This document shows positions 58,436-64,000 of a stretch of DNA of 64,000 nt, in pieces. The stretch is from assembly GCA_020725175.1 (NCBI GenBank), contig DYFM01000002.1, forward strand, positions 36,880-100,879. Direction: 5' to 3'. Each line of letters opens with the position of its first letter. Within the stretch, counting starts at the first letter, position 1. The notes under the pieces were generated by a model that made no database searches, was not told the DNA's origin, and saw nothing but the letters and a program-made list of their open reading frames with translations. This DNA is from Candidatus Paceibacter sp. Lineage in GTDB: Bacteria > Patescibacteriota > Patescibacteriia > Magasanikbacterales > UBA922. Made by a program: the position numbers and the translations under genes.

Positions 58436-59077
58436 TCAACCGTGGATAAGTTGTTTGAGTGTGCGAATGTTTTCTGTTGGAGTTTTTTCATTTCCAAATA
58501 TTGCACTGCCGATGCCAAGCCTGGTTGCGCCGGCGGATAAAACCTGGGGAATGGTAGTTTCATCTATGTGGCCATCAACGCCGATTGGTAGTTGCGGGTG
58601 CTTGTTGCGAAATGCTTGGATTTTTTTTAGCACTTCCGGTAAAAATGGTTGTCCTTGTTTGCCGGGATGAATAGTCATGAACTGAACTTCGTCTAGATTA
58701 TTGATGTATGGTTCAAGTGCTTCAAGAGATGTTTCCGGATTGATGACTAGCCCGACTTCACGGTGTTGCTCTTTTATTTTTACTATTACATCGGCAATTG
58801 GGTCAGCGCATTCGAGATGAAACAGAAATCGGTGAATGTTTGGCGTGTTTTTCCAGCGGTCTATTTCTTCAAGTGGGTGTGAGACCATGAGATGAAGTTC
58901 AAAGGTTATTTCAGTGAACTGTTGAATTACATTTGGATCTGCCCAAGTTTTATTGTCAACAAAAATACCGTCGGCAATGTCGAGTTGGACTAGATTGGTA
59001 TGGTCTTTGATGGAATTGATTTGAGTGCGGAATTGTTCTTCGGAGTGAACTAGGATGGCAGGGATGATTTGATTCAT
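58436..59077 (-). CDS. rpe: Ribulose-phosphate 3-epimerase
   Basis: DIADG.FV, ELHLMV, NPET, M..HPG.QGQ.F, VDG, GSAIF. Confidence 0.93.
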   Translation of the reverse strand: MNQIIPAILVHSEEQFRTQINSIKDHTNLVQLDIADGIFVDNKTWADPNVIQQFTEITFELHLMVSHPLEEIDRWKNTPNIHRFLFHLECADPIADVIVKIKEQHREVGLVINPETSLEALEPYINNLDEVQFMTIHPGKQGQPFLPEVLKKIQAFRNKHPQLPIGVDGHIDETTIPQVLSAGATRLGIGSAIFGNEKTPTENIRTLKQLIHG

Positions 59078-59093
59078 AGTTTGCAGTTGTGTG

Positions 59094-59175
59094 ATAGGAA
59101 CGCGGATTTAAGGGATTGAACAGATTTTCACGGATCCGTTGTTATCCGTTTGATCCGTTAAATCCGTGTTCCTAT
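59094..59175. repeat. Family A intergenic palindrome
   Basis: ATAGGAACGCGGATTTAA ... TTAAATCCGTGTTCCTAT. Confidence 0.85.
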
Positions 59176-59184
59176 TAATTCTAT

Positions 59185-59643
59185 CTATTCATGATTTTCA
59201 ATTTCGGAAACTTTTTGCAGTCGTCTCACATGTCTCTCTTCTTCACTAAATTCACTCTCCAGCCAATGTTTCACAATTGCCATCGCATGTTCTTCGGTGA
59301 CACCCTTAGCGGCAAGGCAAAGTACGTTGGTATTGTCATCTTGCATCATGGTTTCGGCGGCCATGGTGCTGTAGCCTAGACCAGCTCGAATACCGGGAAC
59401 TTTGTTGGCAGCAATACAAACACCAATGCCGTTTTTGCAAATAGCAATACCTCGCCCGTTGGTTTCGAAGACTTTTTTGGTCATGGGGAGGATATAATCC
59501 GGATAATCGTCGGTTTCGTCGTATTCGTGCGGACCGAGGTCGGTGACTTTGACATTGAGTTCGTTTTCGAGGTAACGGACGAGACGTTTTTTGAGGTGGT
59601 AGCCGCCGTGGTCGGAAGAAATGAATAATTTATCTTTGTACAT
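59185..59643 (-). CDS. rpiB: Ribose-5-phosphate isomerase B
   Basis: SDHGG..LK, DYPD, C..GIG..IAANK.PGIRA, RH.RR. Confidence 0.93.
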   Translation of the reverse strand: MYKDKLFISSDHGGYHLKKRLVRYLENELNVKVTDLGPHEYDETDDYPDYILPMTKKVFETNGRGIAICKNGIGVCIAANKVPGIRAGLGYSTMAAETMMQDDNTNVLCLAAKGVTEEHAMAIVKHWLESEFSEEERHVRRLQKVSEIENHE

Positions 59644-59889
59644 ATAAAAAAGGCTTACGAGGCTTCCAATGCCTCCGATGTTTATTCATTGAAACTAGAA
59701 AATAGAAATTGGAAATTAGGGGTTGTTGATGGTGAGTGACGGATTCGGTTTTTAAGTCTACCAAGCCTTTCTAGCCCTTCCCGCATTTCAGGCTTCTCAA
59801 GCCTTTTCATTATAGCAGGTAGGGGGATTTGGTTCAATTCACCAAAAATAAACAATCTATGCCAGGTTGTATTTTGTATTGAGAAAACT

Positions 59890-59946
59890 TTATCCACAGC
59901 ACAGGGTGTGCTTGAAATTGACAAAGAGAGAGAGAGTTGGTAGTCT
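59890..59946 (+). promoter_or_regulatory. DnaA box plus sigma70 promoter with (AG)6 spacer
   Basis: TTATCCACA at 59890; TTGACA (59918) -17 nt- TAGTCT (59941). Confidence 0.6.
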
Positions 59947-60038
59947 AGTGCGTTCCCGAAAAGCTCGGGGCCGCTGGCTACCCTTTCTCGTCGAGGGTGG
60001 TTTGGCGTGTTTAGCGAAGACGGGGCGGAGGCTGTGTA

Positions 60039-60749
60039 ATGGCAGTGACCGTTCGCATCTACGAGGGGTCTCATGGTATGAAGACCCCCGCCGGGATGCA
60101 GGCCCTGCTTGAGGAGTTCATCTCCCAGGCTGGGCTGGAGGGCGAGGTGACGGTGCACCTCGGAGAAAAAACCAAAGGACGCCCACACCGGCAGGGCGTC
60201 CAGGGGCTTTCGGTCGGCCCCTTGATCAACGGCCGCCACGTTGTTCTCACCGCCCAGCCGGGGGGGAATGATACGTGCCACAAAATCCGGCTGGTGGTGC
60301 CTCAGGGTTGGGGGGACCCTGAGGATGTGCGGGTGAAACTTCTTTCCTTCGCCGAGGGGGCGGTGGAGGAAGAGGAGGAGCGGGCGGAAGTCTTTCAGCC
60401 GGTGGAAACGCCGGTCGTGGACGACGACGAACTTACCTACCGTGGCCTCATCGAGGCCGCGGATAGTGAGCTCGAGGGGCTTGGTCAGCAGGCGGGGGAG
60501 CTGGCCGAGCGAGAGACGCGACTGGCGGAGGAGATTCGCCGACTGCAGGTGGAGCAGTTGGCGGTCACGCAACAGCTGCGGCAGCTCGAGACGAGACGCC
60601 GCGGTTTGCTGCGAGAGCGAGAGGAAGCGGAGGAGGCCATCCAGGCGGCCAAAGAGCGCAAGCTCGATGCTGCCCGGAAGGCCATTCGCCTCCTTCCCGA
60701 GGAACTCCGCAAGGAGCTCCTCCGTCAGTTGCAACGGGGCGAGATCTAG
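60039..60749 (+). CDS. GC-rich hypothetical protein with C-terminal coiled coil
   Basis: GGAGG SD; G/C-rich third codon positions in this frame; E/R/L heptads. Confidence 0.75.
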   Translation: MAVTVRIYEGSHGMKTPAGMQALLEEFISQAGLEGEVTVHLGEKTKGRPHRQGVQGLSVGPLINGRHVVLTAQPGGNDTCHKIRLVVPQGWGDPEDVRVKLLSFAEGAVEEEEERAEVFQPVETPVVDDDELTYRGLIEAADSELEGLGQQAGELAERETRLAEEIRRLQVEQLAVTQQLRQLETRRRGLLREREEAEEAIQAAKERKLDAARKAIRLLPEELRKELLRQLQRGEI

Positions 60750-61050
60750 TCCCGTTGCCTCCCCCCCCCAGGTTGAGTAGCTGACGCGACCACTCAACTT
60801 CACCCCACATTGCGTCATCGCTGATCTGTGCTCTCACCATGGGACCTTCAACCCACGGCACTGGTCGGCAAGAGAGGAGAAATAACCGGCGCGTCATCGG
60901 AGGAGGCGCAACAAGCCGGGGGCTCATCAATTCGATTTGTTCAATGTGAACGAGGAGAAGCGATGGGCCGGACAAAAAAGGACATCAGTTTTGCTGGTGT
61001 TTTTTTGTTTTAGGAAATATGGTATTCTTCTTGATATGTAACCTTTATAT

Positions 61051-62035
61051 ATGACTGAATTATCTTATAGTCTTTCAACGGGGGGGGTTAACATTTAATT
61101 CTAAAAAAATTGACATATTTCAAGATGTTGAGGAATTATCTGAGAAAGAAAAAGAGCAGAAAATTACTTCTCAAACAGGTGAGCGAGATGAAGAACTGAG
61201 GGATTTTTTGCGCTTGGCTTTTGTAGGAAAGGAGGGGGAAAATTTACAGGGGGTTGAAAAAATTGGCAAACAATATAGACTAGTTGTAAATAAATTACCT
61301 TCTTCTGATTGTGAGCAGCTTGGAATCTCTTTACTAGAATTAGGAATCATTTCTCCTTTGGGAGAAAATAGCGAAAAAAAAGTTTTTCTATTTCATCCAG
61401 ATAAGTTTCAAATGATTGCAGAGAATATGAAAGCTCATGATGATAATCGGAGAAGGGAAATTGAAAACGTCCTAAATGGAGGGGCGATGCAAAGCACTGA
61501 AAGGTTGCCTAGAATAATGGGTGAATATAAACGTGTAGAGAAAAAATTATTTCTATTGCAAGACAATATATTATCACTAAAAACATTTTTGACAACCGCA
61601 GTGGGTTTACAATCAGATGATAATGAACTGAGAAGATATAAAAGTAAAGAAGAAATTGAGGACGAGCTTATCACCATTTTGGAAGATGATTATATATTGT
61701 GGGTCTTGGCAAGAGCTATGGAAGAGAATGGAAAAAAAGATATTAAGGCGTATGAGCATCTAGATAATCTTTCTACAACTTTACAAGAAAAACCACGGGT
61801 GGCTGGTCAAATAATTTCTTTTTTTGAGAAAGAGTTGGATAAAGTAGTGGGGCAATATAAAGAATATGAAAAAGAGCTTAAACAACTTGAGAGACAGAGA
61901 AAAGAAAAAAGAATGATATTGAAAACGAGAAGGGAACAGCGTGAAAATGTTGATCAGCAGAAAACTGCCTTAGAGGAGGAAAATGAATATTTACAAAATT
62001 TCTGGGACTTAGAACCATTAAAAGCCGCTGCCTAA
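61051..62035 (+). CDS. Coiled-coil hypothetical protein, probable frameshift in G8 run at 61080-61087
   Basis: ATG 61051 joins the open frame of ORF 61208-62035 if one G is removed. Confidence 0.55.
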
Positions 62036-62037
62036 TT

Positions 62038-62631
62038 ATGCCCCATACTTCTCACGGCTCCATTGAAATCATCTGTGGTAGTATGTTCTCCGGCAAAACC
62101 GAAGAGCTGATTCGGCGACTCAAACGCGCCAAATATGCCAAACTCAAAATTCAGGTATTCAAACCTGAAATCGACAATCGCTATGACAAGACCGCGGTAG
62201 TCAGTCATGAGGGTTTTCGCATTGAAGGTGTGGCGGTGCGACATCCGCGACATATTGAGTATCTACTAGAACCTGATACAAAAATTGTGGGAATTGATGA
62301 GGTACAATTTTTTCCCGATGAGATCGTTGATATCGTAGAAGGCCTGGCAAATCGGGGGATTCGAGTAGTCTGTGCCGGGCTTGACCAAAATTTCAAAGGC
62401 GAACCATTTGGGCCGATGCCGAAACTGCTTGCCATTGCTGAACATGTCCACAAAGTCCATGCGGTTTGTGTGCAGTGTGGCGGTGAGGCGAGTAAGACTT
62501 ACCGAATATCAAAAGATGAAGCGGAAGTTGTGGTTGGAGAGAAGGATGTGTATGAGGCGAGATGTCGGGGGTGTTTTTTGCAAGGAACAAGTGGCAAGGA
62601 GCAAGGAACAGGTGGGGTGGTAACAGTTTGA
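62038..62631 (+). CDS. tdk: Thymidine kinase
   Basis: GSMFSGKTEELIRR, IDEVQF, GLD..F...PF, YEARCR.C. Confidence 0.96.
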   Translation: MPHTSHGSIEIICGSMFSGKTEELIRRLKRAKYAKLKIQVFKPEIDNRYDKTAVVSHEGFRIEGVAVRHPRHIEYLLEPDTKIVGIDEVQFFPDEIVDIVEGLANRGIRVVCAGLDQNFKGEPFGPMPKLLAIAEHVHKVHAVCVQCGGEASKTYRISKDEAEVVVGEKDVYEARCRGCFLQGTSGKEQGTGGVVTV

Positions 62632-62663
62632 CTTTTTGTGTAATTCTGGTATTGTATACGTAT

Positions 62664-62909
62664 ATGAAAAAAATAAAAAAACAACTTTATTCATTTCCAG
62701 TTGTAATTGAAAAAGACGAAAATGGCGTCTATATTGGTCGTGTACCGGAATTGAAAAGTTGCTATACTCACGCAAAAACATTGCCGGAACTGTATAAACG
62801 GTTGGAAGAGGTGGTGGCACTATGTGTTGAGGTAGAGAAGAAGTATTTTCACGAAGAGCCAGCGCAAAATGAGTTTTTAGGAGTACAAAAGTTACAATTT
62901 TCCATATAG
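62664..62909 (+). CDS. hicB: HicB-family antitoxin
   Basis: VVIEKDE.G.Y...VPEL..C.T...T..E. Confidence 0.85.
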   Translation: MKKIKKQLYSFPVVIEKDENGVYIGRVPELKSCYTHAKTLPELYKRLEEVVALCVEVEKKYFHEEPAQNEFLGVQKLQFSI

Positions 62910-62925
62910 TTTGACATTAGGGGGT

Positions 62926-63153
62926 ATGGTCCGACTTGTTCCAATTAAAGCAAAAAAGTTGATTCGTTTGCTTGAAGAACTTGGTTTTGAGATGGTTCGG
63001 AAAAAGGGTAGTCATCGTTTTTTCATTCATCCAGAAACAAAACGAACGGTGACCATTCCTGACCATGGTTCCGAGGATATACCGGTTGGTTTACTACGAA
63101 GTATTTTGCGGGATATTGATATGGATGTTGACACATTTGATAAATTAAGATAA
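62926..63153 (+). CDS. hicA: HicA-family mRNA interferase
   Basis: L...GF...R.KGSH, VTIP.H...DI..G.L.SIL. Confidence 0.92.
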   Translation: MVRLVPIKAKKLIRLLEELGFEMVRKKGSHRFFIHPETKRTVTIPDHGSEDIPVGLLRSILRDIDMDVDTFDKLR

Positions 63154-63159
63154 AAAGAA

Positions 63160-63423
63160 TAAAAGCGTCAGTACCTGCTATCAACAGGGAAAGTCCAACG
63201 AGAGTTGGGTGCGCTGAAAAAAGAACCCGGCTCCGCTACGCTGCGCCGGACAGGTCAAACAGTATGGTTTTAACCTGTCCAGTTTTAGTTGAGGAGACGA
63301 AGTAGAATTTTCCGGGAGAGCCCGTTATTGCTCTAAATAAAGTGTTTCCGATTTTTCGGAAGAAGTAGGATGGTACCGTTCTGACTCAGTCGGAATTCCT
63401 GCACCTTGTTTAGGTGTTTTTTT
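63160..63423 (+). ncRNA. T-box riboswitch leader of ileS
   Basis: GCTGA and AGTA motifs, CCCGTTA, T-box AGGA-TGGTACC-GTT pairing with AATTCCT, terminator GCACCT/AGGTGT plus T run. Confidence 0.7.
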
Positions 63424-63505
63424 AATAGACCGCGGATTTAACGGATGAGACGAATTTGAACGAATTCGTTTTTATCTGTTCAATTCGTTAAATCCGCGGT
63501 CTATT
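63424..63505. repeat. Family A intergenic palindrome
   Basis: AATAGACCGCGGATTTAACG ... CGTTAAATCCGCGGTCTATT. Confidence 0.88.
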
Positions 63506-63526
63506 TCAATTTAAATAAAATCTGCT

Positions 63527-64000
63527 ATGCCATATAGTGCCGACAAAAACGAAAAAGAAATCCTCCAGTATTGGCAGGATCATCAAATTTTCGAAAAAAC
63601 CATCGAAGAGCGTCCGGAACATAAGCCGTATGTGTTTTATGATGGTCCACCATTTGCGACCGGGCTGCCTCACTATGGCCACATCTTGAGTTCTGTCGCC
63701 AAAGATATCATTCCGCGGTACTACACCATGAAAGGGTATCGTGTTCGTCGTCGTTGGGGGTGGGATTGTCATGGGTTGCCAATTGAAAGTCTGATTGAAA
63801 AAGAATTGAATATCTCGGGCAAGAAGCAAATTGAAGACATGGGGGTGGATGTGTTCAACAATGCTTGTCAATCAAAGGTACTTTTGTATACCAAAGAATG
63901 GAAAAAAATGGTTGATCGCATTGGTCGATGGATTGAATTTGATAATGCCTATAAAACCATGGATCCAAGTTATATGGAATCTGTCTGGTGGGCGCTGAAA
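63527..64000 (+). CDS. ileS: Isoleucine-tRNA ligase, type 2 (runs off window)
   Basis: FYDGPPFATGLPHYGH, GWDCHGLPIE, YKTMD..YMESVWW. Confidence 0.95.
   Translation, partial: MPYSADKNEKEILQYWQDHQIFEKTIEERPEHKPYVFYDGPPFATGLPHYGHILSSVAKDIIPRYYTMKGYRVRRRWGWDCHGLPIESLIEKELNISGKKQIEDMGVDVFNNACQSKVLLYTKEWKKMVDRIGRWIEFDNAYKTMDPSYMESVWWALK

Noticed and set aside
59682-60818. 378-aa minus-strand ORF
   Set aside because: Antisense shadow of the GC-rich plus-strand gene; it runs through promoter and repeat DNA and lacks motifs.

Overview
64 kb of an AT-rich bacterial chromosome using the standard code (TGA terminates intact genes). Gene content points to Patescibacteria/CPR (inference): type IV pilus machinery (pilB, pilC, pilM-N-O, three prepilin-like genes), an array of 11 TrbC/VirB2-like pilin paralogues, and scattered housekeeping genes (holA, rpsT, rpsF-ssb-rpsR, ychF, galU, xerC-like, trxB, rpe, rpiB, tdk, hicBA, 5' end of ileS behind a T-box). 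The replication origin appears to lie at about 9.7-10.9 kb (five parS palindromes, a DnaA-box cluster and an AT-rich tract), with no dnaA in the window. The most striking unannotated signal is at 6227-6477 (minus strand). A non-canonical tRNA-like gene (G3:U70, 8-nt anticodon loop, encoded CCA) has its own promoter and terminator. Directly upstream is a separately promoted and terminated ~70-nt RNA whose 5' half is complementary to that tRNA's anticodon and D arms, a candidate tRNA/anti-tRNA (RNA-only toxin-antitoxin or switch) module. Intergenic spaces are also filled with several families of palindromes built from short tandem units, present both empty and enclosing GxxExxY or four-helix-bundle genes. 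Several accessory genes carry nonsense codons, single-base frameshifts or deletions. All calls were made by eye, without database searches.
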